Assembly: GCA_013239625.1 (NCBI GenBank)
Contig: MU053594.1
Location: forward strand, 460,355 to 524,354
Origin: Lama guanicoe
Taxonomy: Eukaryota
DNA length: 64,000 nucleotides
Reading direction: 5' to 3'
Part shown: positions 37,247 to 49,100 of the stretch, one piece after another
How positions within the stretch are numbered: the first letter of the stretch is position 1
How the letters are laid out: each line of letters opens with the position of its first letter
Translations under genes and position numbers: made by a program
Notes under the pieces: model-generated
Databases searched by the model: none
What the model was told of the DNA's origin: nothing
Seen by the model: only the letters and a program-made list of their open reading frames with translations

Positions 37247-37705
37247 GTCCTATAGCACAAAGAAATCCTGATTTGCACAGTTAAATAGCTGCAAACAGCG
37301 ATAGATTTTTTGTAGCTCGACTTTCAGTCTCAAAACATTCTCTAATTCAGAAGGGAAACCTTGATTCAGCAACGAGTTATTTTGGCATCCAAGTAAATGG
37401 GCTGCTGTTCTCCGTGTACCCAAACTGCATGTATCACATTTTCATTGTGCTTCAGGTGGTTAAGGTATATTTCAAGTGAAATTTAAATCAGATACTTGAG
37501 AACTCCCAAGCCACATGTGGAAACTGAAGATACACAAGATTATCCTTACCCGAGGATGAAGGGTATTCCGTGACTTGTGTGTTTTGGTCATTCACTGGGG
37601 GACTGAGCTGGCCCTCACCATGGCTGAAGTTGGACAATTCGAGTTGTATTAATAACATTTCTTCCGGGTGGGTGTTGAGAGGTGCTTCTCTTAAAACTGG
37701 TAGGA

Positions 37706-37750
37706 GTGTGTGTGTGTGTGTGTGTGTGTGAGTGTGTGCGTGTATGTGTG
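37706..37750. repeat. (TG)n microsatellite
   Basis: Direct inspection. Confidence 0.9.
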
Positions 37751-37969
37751 TGGCTACACTGGCTTCATCTTTCCTACGGTCAGCATGTTGCGTTTTTATA
37801 ATCTTGGTACCTGTTTGATCTGATTTGTGGGCTTTGGGAAGATCCCAGCAAGCTGGAGATGTCAAGCCACTGAGAGATCTCACATCCGTCTGGAAGCTCC
37901 TGCCTGCGTACACTCATAGAGATTCTGCAGGGTACAAAACTCATCCACAGGAGACTGGTAGCAGCTCCT

Positions 37970-38195
37970 TTTAACTGAGCAACTACTATGTGCCGGGCAC
38001 TGTTTGATGCACTGTCTATGCACCAACATTTTAAATCTTTGCAACAACCCTATGAGATGATTGCTATTGTTACCTCCATCTTACAGGTGAGGAGACTGAG
38101 GCACCGAGAAGCTCAGCATCCTGCCCGAAGTCAAGTGGCAGAGCTGGGGTTCGAATCCACAGTCTGGCTCTAGAGTCTGCACACCTGGTCACTAT
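37970..38195 (-). mobile_element. MIR SINE
   Basis: ccatcttacaggtgaggagactgaggcac...gagctggggttcgaatcc. Confidence 0.82.
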
Positions 38196-38599
38196 GTTTC
38201 CTTGTGCCCCTGGAAGGTCAGAATTCACATTAGACCTCTGAGGTCAAATATCTTATCATATCATATGAAAATATGTTTTATACCCAGTTTTGGTATATGG
38301 AGACCATCAAAGGAATGAACATTGCCTTTGTCCCTTAATTTTTCTCAGTGATGCCCTCAGTGCTAATCACAGAGCGTGTGTTCCTCTGATGAGGTTCAGG
38401 ATGAGGTTTTAGTAGTAACTGTGTAATATGCAGTAGGTAGGGCAAGGGGTCGTAAATGCACGTTAATTTCTTGGAAATGTACACTTTGGAGCTGGCCTTG
38501 AGCCCTCTATGGTCTGGATTCATGATGCCACCATGAAGTATCAGCTATCATAGTCAGTAAACTGTCCTATGGGGCTCTGAGCCAGGAAGCTTCTGTTTA

Positions 38600-38845
38600 T
38601 TTCTTATCTATTTTTATTGAAGTATAGTTGATTTACAATGTTTCAGATGTATAGCAGAAGATTCAGTTCTATATACATATATATGTTCTTTTCAGATTCT
38701 TTTCCATTATAGCTTATTACAAGGTATTGAATATAGTTCCCTGTGCTCTGCAAGTAGGTCCTTGTTTACCTGTTTTGTATATGGTAGTGTGTATCATCTG
38801 TTAATCTGAAATTTTAAATTTATCTCTCCCCCTCCTTTCTCCTCT
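38600..38845 (-). mobile_element. L1 3' end fragment
   Basis: tttttattgaagtatagttgatttacaatg...cagattcttttccattatag. Confidence 0.88.
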
Positions 38846-39899
38846 GTTTGTTTTTCAATTGCGGGATCCAAGACACCGAGAGGGTGGGACAGAGCCTCTG
38901 CAGAAAGGTGGTGGGATACCGAGGCTGTGGTTGCGCTGTGATCCTGGCCCCCAAATCCTCCTTAGACCCACCTTCTTCTCGTCTTGGTCCTTCTAAGTAA
39001 AGAGAAACAGCCCATTAAGGCTCCACTGAAGGTAGGAGGTTGAAAGCTTAAGAGGAGACAGGAATGAAAGGAAATCTCGAAGCAGCTAAATTGATAGGAA
39101 CCTGCAGGGTAGTGGCAGCCACTGCAGACCCAGTCTATTACGGGAAGGTCCCGAGAGGCCAGGCTGGATCTTTCTCAAGAACAAGCACTAAACCCGGAGG
39201 ACTGAGTGAGTGAAGACACTGAGTAAATGAAGCCAGTCAGAACCGCGCAGATGGGCAGGACCAGCGCGCCAAGTCAGGTCACGGTCGGGGTGGGCAGCCG
39301 ACCCGTTTGCCCGATTTCAGAGTGGCCACCACACCTTGAAGCTGTAAAGAGTTTATTTCAGGATTAGCAAAAGGAATCTCCTGCTGGGAGCAGTTTTATG
39401 CAGCTTGTTATCCTTGGCGTTCACACCGGAGAAGAATCACATCAAAGAAGGACTGAATGGGTTCTTGGACAGTGGTGGGGAGAGGGCTGTGAAGGGGAGG
39501 CAGGGAGGTGCAGGGAGGCTGCCGGAGCTCACGCACTCATCCCTGTGGAGTTCAGCCGCCTCCCCCGACCGCTGGTGCCGCCGCACACCCACGTGGACAC
39601 AAGTCATGATGCCAAGTGACTCTTGAGGGCTTCTGACCGGGTTCCAGTGTGCGGTACCCACTCCCCGGTTCAGTCTGAGCATCAGGCTCAGAGATCTCGT
39701 ACCCCTTACCCATTGCCCACAAACTCAAGGGGTCGGCTCCAAGGGCAAGCTGAGCTTAGGCCCCTCCACGAGCAAGGAACTGGTTCCGGCCTCACCACGG
39801 CTCTGAGAGTTGAGTGTGTGGCTTCTTTGCTTGTGGCCAAAGCATTGCCCCTAGCTCAAAGGGCAGGGAGGGAGCCAGTGCCTTGGGGACACCTCCTCC

Positions 39900-40370
39900 G
39901 TATCAGGCACCTGAGCCAGGCATGTTAACTATGCTGGTTTACTGAATCTTTACAAAAACCCTGCTGGGGGGTGGTCTATTCTCTTTTGTGTGTAAATGGG
40001 GAAACTGAGGCTCAGAGAGGCTAAGTAACACACCCGAGTTCACACAACTGGTGAGGGGTAGGGACAGGGTTCAGTTATACATTTTGGGAGGATTCCAAAA
40101 TCTGCTTTCCTTGCATTACCTGTGCCTCCTAAGCAGAGAGCAAGAGGCTCACCTGTTCCCCCAAACCCAGGAGCAGGTGCCTCCCAGCAGGGCCCTGAAT
40201 ATTCCTCATGGGACTCAGAGGCTCTCAGTCCTTGCCCTGACATGGGGCAAGTCTTCTGACCGTTCTGAGCCTCAGTTTCCAACATGGATAAAATGGAAAT
40301 AATACACTCCCCTCCCCTTTGCAGGGTTGTGAACAGAAGGTGACAGCAACTCTGCAGAAGCCCTTTGTCA
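39900..40370. mobile_element. Two MIR fragments in opposite orientations
   Basis: ggaaactgaggctcagagagg (minus) and ctgagcctcagtttcc (plus). Confidence 0.7.
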
Positions 40371-41072
40371 CCGCCAGGGGCACATTCATCCATGGAGCTT
40401 TTTGGGGATAGAATGATTGGCGTTAGACCGCCCCGTGAGTTCACTCCTCTCTTCCTGGACACGCACTGCTGGGGGGGATCTCAGGAAGAATGTGGGTCCC
40501 CAAACATCCTGGGCTCGAATGATGAAGGTATCACTATTCAGCCAAGAGGAAAGTCATTTATAGAATTCCTTTCGGGGTCTGGTCTGGTGGCTGTGGCGGA
40601 GAATGAGGAAAAATCCATCTAAGAGGCGAAATTTTCTTTTGTGCCAGAAAGGAAGTCAGTGTTTTTTAATCTAAGGCCTGGGCAGCCAGCCAAACTGCAG
40701 AGGACAGTGGAAGGTTCCCCGGGGCTGGAGGGGAAGGCAGGCCACAAGTCAGTTCCCCATGAGGACAGCGGCTCCAGCCAGAATCCCAGGCATCTCGTCT
40801 TTTAAGAATTGGATGGGGGAGTGGAGAGTGTTGGGAAATGCAGGGGGAGATGAAATGTCTTTGTAGACCCCCTGGGAAGGCCCCGTGAGGCTCTGCTCAG
40901 GGGGGCTTGGCTTAGCCCTGCAGTGCAGGAGGCCGTGGGCTTTGGGGTCCTTCTGGCTCCCCCACTGTCCCATTTATTTCCTAGTGGTGGAATCCTGCAG
41001 AAATAGCCCTTCTCTGAAAACACTTTGTGCTCTAGAGAGCCTTCATGCCTTCTCAGAGCATCCGTCTCCTGC

Positions 41073-41537
41073 TGTGGGACACAAAGGGGCGGCCAGTTGG
41101 CGAGCCAGTGGCACGTGGATTGGTAAAAGAATTTACCAGACATGAAGTGTGGGACTAAAAAGGAGTTTGTTAGGGTGTGCTGTCACAGACAACAGTGGCC
41201 ACACAGGTGAAGGGCGCCTGTGTGAGCCCCAGGGGCGGGTTGTTGGGGTCTCTTATAAGGTCAGGCCACAAGATGCCTGATCAGCTTGTGCACACGTCTC
41301 TGATCGGTTGTAGGTGAGGTGAGAGGTTCAGGGTCTGTGAAGGAGGGTGGGGTTTAAGACTCTGGTCCGAGTCACCCTGAGCTATTATGAGATGACGCAT
41401 CACCCAGGGCTATCGGTTTGTGAGGGCAAACACGCCCGGCAAAGTAGGTACTTCATCTGTTGCGGGATCTCAGGCAGACAGCTGGGCGCCCAGGAATGGG
41501 GGTCGTCGGACTTTGAAGGACGTCAGGTGGCCCAACA
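41073..41537 (-). mobile_element. ERV1-like solo LTR A
   Basis: TG...CA ends; on the minus strand a CCAAT-like box (ctgatcggtt ~41300), TATA (ttataa 41253) and a decayed poly(A) signal (tttgtt 41166); flanks ctgc/ctac. Confidence 0.65.
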
Positions 41538-41541
41538 CTAC

Positions 41542-41956
41542 TATTACCGAAAAACCAGCCCCTGCACCCCGAAAAGCGAATTCAAACTTGGAGGCAGCGT
41601 TTTGGGAGCAAAGAGAACAGCAGCGTACTGCTTTGCTGGCTAAGGGAGTCACAGCAGGCAGCTGCCTTACAGACTGTGAGCCCGTCTTGGGGTTGGATCT
41701 CGAGGTTTTATAGAAACCTGGGTGGAACAGGAAGGTGGTAAGAATCAGGGCGTGTTACAGGGGCTACATTCCTCCTAACCTCAGCGAATCTCCAGGAGGA
41801 ACTCCGGAGGGGCTGTCTGTTCTTCTAAGGTTATCAGCCTGTTATCTCCTTCCTGGGGCACAGCCTCTGGGTAAAAGTTATTTTCGGTGAAGAACGAACC
41901 AGCAGACGGTTTGGCATCAGGGAAGTCAGTTTGTTGGTTTGCTTTATACTCCTTCA
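41542..41956 (-). mobile_element. ERV1-like solo LTR B
   Basis: t(a)ttaccgaa...ttca; perfect 4-bp TSD ctac (41538-41541, 41957-41960); TATAAAA on the minus strand at 41706-41712; ttttgggag...tgctttgctggctaagggagtcacagc resembles laurasiatherian ERV1 LTRs. Confidence 0.75.
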
Positions 41957-42164
41957 CTACCCGTCCCTCAGGCCTGTTCGGTGGGCCTGTCAGGGACAGA
42001 ACACAGTCTGATCAACACCTCCCACCCCCAGCCTTGGTCTTCCAGAGGCCGAGCTGCTTCCCCCGCATGCTGCTCCTTTCCACTGTCTGCGAGCGTCCAC
42101 CGATGCTCTGGGCCAGGCACACGGGAGGGGGAGAAACGAACTGGCACTTGCCTTAACCATACCT

Positions 42165-42350
42165 TTTCATTTTCTGATACTTTGACATCAGGGCGTCACT
42201 GACTCTGGAGGGACTGCCCCTCCCAGGGCTAGTCAGTTCGGAGAGACAGGAAAGGACTCCCCTGTCAAGTGCATCTTTCCTGTGCACACCAGCCAGTCCA
42301 GAGGCCACGCCCCAGCCACCTCCTTTCCTGGGCTCTCACACTCTGGGCAA
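42165..42350 (+). mobile_element. ERVL LTR fragment (MER74-like)
   Basis: ctggagggactgcccctcccagggctag...ccacctcctttcctgggctctcacactctgggc. Confidence 0.6.
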
Positions 42351-42864
42351 GGGTATGAGAGCCCAGGTGTACGGAGTACCAAGAAAGAATAAAATGGAGG
42401 AACCGAATTTAGATTCAGGAAAGGCCTCTGATGATGTGGTTCTAAGCTAAGATGGGAAACAGCTCGGGTGGGCCAGGCAAGGAAAGAGTCCTGGCCCGCC
42501 TGGGCCAGTGTCCTCCTCTAGGCACAGGGACAGCATATGGCAAAGGACGTGATGGATGCGGAGGGACCAGAGGGTAGTGTGACCTGGGGGAAGGTCTGAG
42601 ATGGTAACGGGTCAGGACACGAAGGAGCTTCTAGTCCTTATAAGGGATCAGGATCTTTTTTCTCTTTCTTGGTTTCAGTGGAAAGTCTGAAGCAAGGAAT
42701 GATGTAAGGACATGTGGGTTCGGATGGGCCATTCTAGCTGCTGGGGGTAGAAGAGGCTGTGAGGCATTCAGGGCGGGTCCACTTGAGAGGTGACAGTGGC
42801 CTGGTCTAGGGTCACGGCAGTGAAGGAGAGAACTGGATGGATTGAGATATATATATATATATAT

Positions 42865-43452
42865 CTTTTTTTTCTTTTGTACTGAACTCTAATTGCTATA
42901 CGATAGTATATAAGTTACAGGTGTACAATATAGGTGATTCACGATTCCTAAAAGGTTATATCTATAGTTATTATAAAATATTGGCTATACTCTCCACGTT
43001 GTACAATATACCCTTGTAGCTTATTTTTACCTGATAGGTTGTTCCTCTTAATCTCCTGCCCCTGTATTGCCCCTCCCCCATTCCCTGTCCCCACTGGTAA
43101 CCACTGGTTTGTTCTCTAGATCTGAGTTTGCTTCTTTTTTGCTGTATTTGCTAGTGTGTTGCATTTTGTAGATTCTACATATAAGTGATAACATCTCATA
43201 TTTGTCTTTCTCTGACTTATTTCACTTAGTATGATGCCCTCCACGTCCATCCATGTTGCTGCAAATGGCAAAAATTTCATTCTTTTCATGGCTGAGTAGT
43301 ATTCCATTGTATGTATATATACCATGTCTTCTTTATCCAGTCATCTGTTGGGGGACACTTAGGTTGCTTCCATATCTTGACTATTGTAAATTATACTGCT
43401 GTGAACATTGGGGTGCATGTATCTTTTCAAAGCAGTGTGTTTGTTTTTTCCA
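42865..43452 (-). mobile_element. L1 3' end inserted in an L2
   Basis: ORF MEYYSAMKRMKFLPFAATWMDVEGIILSEISQ = L1 ORF2p C-terminus; T-rich tail and (TA)n; L2-like sequence continues on both sides. Confidence 0.9.
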
Positions 43453-45287
43453 GAGAGATGTATTTTGGAAAGAGAATATTCTAGGCTTGGTGAAAGAATG
43501 GATAGGGGAGAGATGTAGAAGGAAGTGTGGCAAAGATGTATCCTGGGTGATAACTTGGGCACCTGGAAAATGGGAACATCATTCTTAAGATAGGCAGACC
43601 GTGGAAGAGCAGATTGGTGGGGAAGGTCACACATTCTGATTTGCACTTACTAGATGTGAGATGTTTTCATCACAGAAGACAGCCTCAGTGGAGGGGCTGA
43701 AAGTCAGACTGCGGGAGCCTGAATAGGAAAGGCTGAAATCCTCCTGGTGTGGGGTGGGCATGGCCTGGGTACAACACTGGTGGTCTGCACCTTTTACGGG
43801 ACTGTCTGGACCGCTCCCTCATGAGGACTGAGAGTTTCTCTAGAAGTTTATTTTATCATCCAGCAATTCCAAAGCTTCTATGGGGAAGGCTTGGGGGGGA
43901 CTGGCAGTAGGGGGTGGGTGAACACCCTCCTCTAGGCTGACTACACTTTTCTTGAAGGTTCTGGGCATCCTGGAAGGTGACCTCTGAGACACAAAGGGGA
44001 GAAGGGAGCTTGGACTGACCCACTTCACCTAACCATAGTAACAGTGCTAAAAATAAACAGCTCAGCACCCCAAGCTCTGCTTAGAGGTGAGGTAGACACC
44101 CCCATCTTCTGCAGCACGTCGGATACAGTGTTTTTCAGAAATCCAACCGAAGCCCAAGTATTGCTGTCCGAACACCCCAAGCCAAAACGCAAGGGAAGAC
44201 AAATTAGTCTGAAGCTGTGGCAGAATAACTGAGACTCATGGAGCAAGAGAGAGAACTGGCAAAACATCAAAGCAAAACCAGCTTTCTTCCCAGGCTCTGG
44301 GCTCTTCCAGATGCAATAACCAAATGTCTGGAGGAGCAGAGAATTCGCCCCGGGCTGGGGAGGTGGTGACGGCTTCCTGCTGGCAGAGGTGCTCTTGTTC
44401 ACCCCTTTTCTACATGTTTCTGCCACTGGGTGAGGCAGTGTATAGCTTAGGCCGGTGGTCCCAGCCCCTAAGCCCACAGCAGCCCACAGAAGGCGATGAT
44501 GTCTGTGTGTGTGTGTGTGCGCGCACACACTGCGGTGGTGGGGATGGGAGTGGGCTTGGAGTGTGGCTGAAGCAGAAATGCTGGCCCCTGGGCACTTTGA
44601 AGTCCCTAATGGAAATCTTCCGAGTGTAAATGGGTCTTATTTGTCTCTATCTACTCCGCCTAATGCTGGCTGGCACAGGCGGCCAGTACTTGGTTAATAT
44701 CTGCAGCATTACACTGTGAGCTACTTTATGGGGATAATAGGGAGAGGATGAAATAGCTCAGGAAGGGAGGGGGACGAGTCTTCAGGGCACCAGCAGCAGA
44801 GGAGGCTGGGATTTCCCCTGAGGACGTGGGATCCCGAGAGGAGGCCTGGATAGGACGGGAGGATAAGGGCTGACAAAGAAGAGCAGAGAGAGAGATGAAA
44901 GATTGCGGATGGAGATCAAATTGGGGGGCCGGGGGCGGAGGTCCCGGCAGGCCCTCTGCAGGCCTAAAAGAGACGTAAAAATAGCAGTCCTCAGGCCGAG
45001 GGTCCTTTGCCTACCAAGTCCTTGGATGGAGGCATTGGAAACTCGAGACTGCACACTAAGCTGGGCAATTTTGTATGGTTCTGTAGACTTTTCTAGGAAC
45101 GTATCCCCAAATCTCTCTGATGTCGTGTCATTCATGAGCTCAGTAGCTCCCCAGTGCTTGTCATTTTAAATCTCACCTTCATTCACCCAGTCTCCTATCC
45201 ATTTACTCATTAACTCATTAAAAAAAGTATTTATCAAGTGCATCCTATAAGCCAGGCACATGGTAGTTACAAGGGTTAAAATAGTGC

Positions 45288-45980
45288 AATCATTCTCAAA
45301 GTGTGGTCCCTGGACCACCAGATCGGCATCATCTGGTGTATTAGTCATCTACGGCTGCATAACAAGTCACCCCAAAACCTAGCCTCACAAGTCACTATAA
45401 AACTCGGTGGGCTAAAACAAGAATAACCATTTATTTCCCCTTATTGTTTCTGTAGGTTTTGGCTTAGGGTCTGTCACGGATTAGCAGTCAAAACGTTGGC
45501 TGGGGCTGCAGTCATCTGAAGGCTTGACTGGGACTGGAGGCTCTGCTTCCACGGTGCTCGTTCACACGACTAACAAGCTGGTGTTGGTCGTCGGTGGGAG
45601 CTTCAGCTCCGCAAGGCTGCTTGAGTGTCTGCACGACAGGGTGGCTGGTCCCCTGGGTGAACAATCCAAGAGAATGAGTGACAAGCTGCAATTTCTTCTG
45701 TAACCTAGTATTGGAAGTCACATACCATCACTTCCACAATATCATATCAGTCACACAAGTCAACTCTATTTAATGTGGGAGGAAACCCTGTGAGAGGTTT
45801 ACCAGGAAGCACAAATCACAAGGGCCATTTGAGAGATTGGGAACTGGTTAGAAGTGCAAATTCTCAGGCCTAACCCTAGACCTGTGGAATCAGACACTCT
45901 GGATGGGGGGACCCTCCAATTGGTGTTTTAATAAGCCCTCCCAGTGACTGTGAGGTACACTAAAATCTGGGAACCATTGC
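45288..45980. mobile_element. MER5A (hAT-Charlie) split by an antisense MLT1 LTR (45337-~45835)
   Basis: ttctcaaagtgtggtccc...catcatctgg | tgtattagtc... | gaactggttagaagtgcaaattctcaggcc...gggaaccattg. Confidence 0.8.
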
Positions 45981-46159
45981 AGTGACGTGTGAAACAGTCC
46001 CCAGTCTCAAGCTGCTCGTAGCCCAGCTTCAGTTACTAGGCAATCATGAAAGTGCTGTGACAAGCCCAGGAGAGGGGAGGTTTCCTAGCTCCGCGTCTGA
46101 GGTCTGCCTTAGCCTGAGCACCTCTACCCTTCCCCTCATTCCTTACCCTTCCTCCTCTG

Positions 46160-46179
46160 CTGGCGCCCTCTGCTGTCGT
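46160..46179 (-). promoter_or_regulatory. Candidate CTCF site
   Basis: Minus strand ACGACAGCAGAGGGCGCCAG, one mismatch from the core CCASYAGRKGGCRS. Confidence 0.5.
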
Positions 46180-49100
46180 CCGCCCTCTTTCCCGTCCCCA
46201 TCCCCCACGTTGTCCTTATTCCCTGTTCTGTATGCACGTGACAGCATCTGCACGGTGTCTGACACATAATAGTTGCTTAATAAAACGCGTCCTGTCTTCC
46301 ATTCCCCTTGTTCTGGATTTCCCCTTTGGAGGATTCCTCCTCCCTCCAGCTAACCAAATTCTAACCTTTTGCCGAAGCCTGATGCGGGGCTCCATTTCCA
46401 CAAAGCACCTCGGACTTCTTCCTCTATGCTAGTCTCTCCCTTCCCTGAGTCTCTGAGCACTTATAGCCTGACTCATACAGCCTAGCCCCTGATTCCACGG
46501 GTGCATTTTGTCCTGTATTTTTCCCCTAAGATTCTCCATTTGTGACAATCTTTGCAGCTTTTATCATTATCTGAAATTGCCTTGTTTATTATTCTGTTTT
46601 CTTGTCTATTACCACCACCCTCAGCCCTTACCTCCACCAGCAGGTTTACATCGCCCCCGCCTCCCACTCAGGGCCCTGGGAGGGAACGGCCTCCAAGGCC
46701 AAACGCCTCTAAATGGCTTGTCTTAGTTAATGAGTTCCAGCAATGGGCAAGGCCCCGAGGTAGGCCCTGGACTACCGTGAGAGACCGTTCCCTTTTAAAT
46801 GCTGTTGCCTGCGGAACAGTCACGTCTCAAGGCAGCCACCTCGTGTGGCTGAAAGAGGACAGGGCAAAGGGCCTGCTGGATTCCTGGCCCTTCGGGGTCC
46901 CGGCTGTGTAACTCTGGGCAAGTCTTCCTCACTGATTCAAACTTCAGTTTTCTCACCTGTGGAACGGTGCCCAGAGCCGCCCATATCCGAAGGATCATAA
47001 ATACCTAAATAAAGAATGGATATGACAGAATTAAACTATGAAATTGCCAAAGAAATGAGTGCAAATGCTTAAGAGCCATCAGTTATTTATCACATATATG
47101 AAATGTCTCCCCCGCTTTGGGACTTGCATCCCAGTGGACATTGCGTAGTGAAAGAGCTCTCTGAATTATCACTTGAGACTTTAGTACGATTTTCTGGAAG
47201 AAGCTGGCAGAGCTGGACAGCTCCTTGGAGAAGCAGGTGGACCCTGTGTGGGGGCGGGAGGAGGGAATAGGGCCCTGAGGGGTGGGCTGGCGGGAACCAG
47301 TCCAAATGATGCCAGTCCCCAGGCAGCTCCCTAAGACCTTCGCCTCCCTTTCTTCCTGCCCCCAAGGACCCTAGCGAAGTCCTCACCTTTGCTGTCGCAC
47401 GTTGCTGCCCTCTGTCTTCCCAGTGGGCTGGGGCCAGGAAGGCAGGGCAGGGGGGGTCTCTCGCCATCACGCTAAGCACTATGTGGGCATTTTTTCATGT
47501 GATCTTAACATGTTCTAGAGATGCGGAAACCGAAGCCCAGTGACTTTAAGTAACTGGTCAAAGTCGTGTGACCACTAATGACAGAGTAAGGACTCCAGCC
47601 AGGTCTGCCTGCCTCTGTTTATCATACGAGTGTCTGCTTTGTGTCAAGTTGACAATCCACAAATATTGGTTAAGTCATTGAGTAAAAAGGAGAAGAGTGA
47701 GGACTGGAAAGATTAAATAAGTGGGAAGCTGTGCCGTGCAGCCCGAGTGGCTTGGGGGATTCCACGCCTCCCCCTCTTCCTCAGTGAATGGGGCCCAGGC
47801 CCTGTAGCTGGGTAACCATCCTCTGGGTCCCTTTTAGTTCTGATCTCCTTTTGCCTCATGAATGACCCCGCCCCCACCCCCAGCACGCATTCACACATAT
47901 TTACATTTTTATTCTGCTTTGAGTCCATCCAATCACTTCTTCTCATAGCGTCTCCACGCCCACCTGCAGTCCAGACCGACTTCTAGCTAAGCTATTATGT
48001 AGTCCACTTGCTGGCCTGAGATCTGGAGAGATCCTGGGATATGTCTCGGAGTTACTGATTTATCTCCTTCCCAGATGCCCAGGATGGAGACCAGCCGGAG
48101 TTGCAGGAAGACAGGCTGATTTATTGCCCTCAGTGCCTTCTCGGCACCCTCGTCCACACCCAGAGGCTCTTCCACGCTGAGACACCCAGGGGCTAGGAGC
48201 CACCCGCCAGGAACAGCCCTTCCACTGGGCCCTGCACATTCGTGGCAATGGCAGAGGAGAGGCTGGCCTGGTGCCTCCTGGCATCGGCCCCTGAAGGTTC
48301 GGTGAGCGGGGAATGCCTCTGAGGGCTGACCAGCAAGTCTGAACTCACCCAGACGTTCAGACAAAGCAGGGCTGGCCTTGGCCTTCGCCTTCTCTGCCCG
48401 TGCTCACCCCTTGTGTTCCTTTTTGCTCATCTCAAGACCCCCATCCTCTTGGACCTCTTCAGCCTCCCTGCAGTCTCAGCCCTTCCTCAGGAACGGCTGA
48501 AGGACTCACTCCCGCTGGAAGGCGGAGGCTGCCCTGAGATGGGACGAGGGCAGGGAGGGATGGGGAGGGCAGGATGGTTCGAGGGATGGCGCTGTAGGGT
48601 GAGGTGAATCAGGGCATCTCTCTGAGGATGAGCAGTGCTCTTGAGGCCCCAAAATTGCAAGCTAACCAAGCAAGCCTGGCGCTCCATGCTCACTGAGGGA
48701 CAGACGGGCAAGAGGGTATCCAGCTACTGAGAGCCTGCTGCCAGGAGCCAGGGCTGCACTGGGGCCTTTCCTTCTGGTCTATCCTTTGACTGTTACCATG
48801 ACCTTCTGGGTTGGGTTTGACTACTCCCATCTTACAGATGAGGAAACTGAGGCTCAGGGAGGCTGAATAACTCAACGATATTTTCACAGCAAGTGGTGGT
48901 GCTTGAACTTGAAGCCGGATATATCTGATGCTTCCTCGGCAGGGGTCATTTCACACCCAGCCCCTTTCTTTCCCTTGCTTCCCTCCACTTGCCGGCTGCC
49001 TCCCTGCGGCTGGCTCGAACTGGCGCTTCTTGAGTTGGAGGCAAACCTCGTGCTTGTGTGTGGGGGTGTGTGTGTGCATGCACATGTGTGCTCACATGCA

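Noticed and set aside
47987..48364. Protein-looking stretch VEEPLGVDEGAEKALRAINQPVFLQL on the minus strand
   Set aside because: No family recognised and no supporting exon chain.
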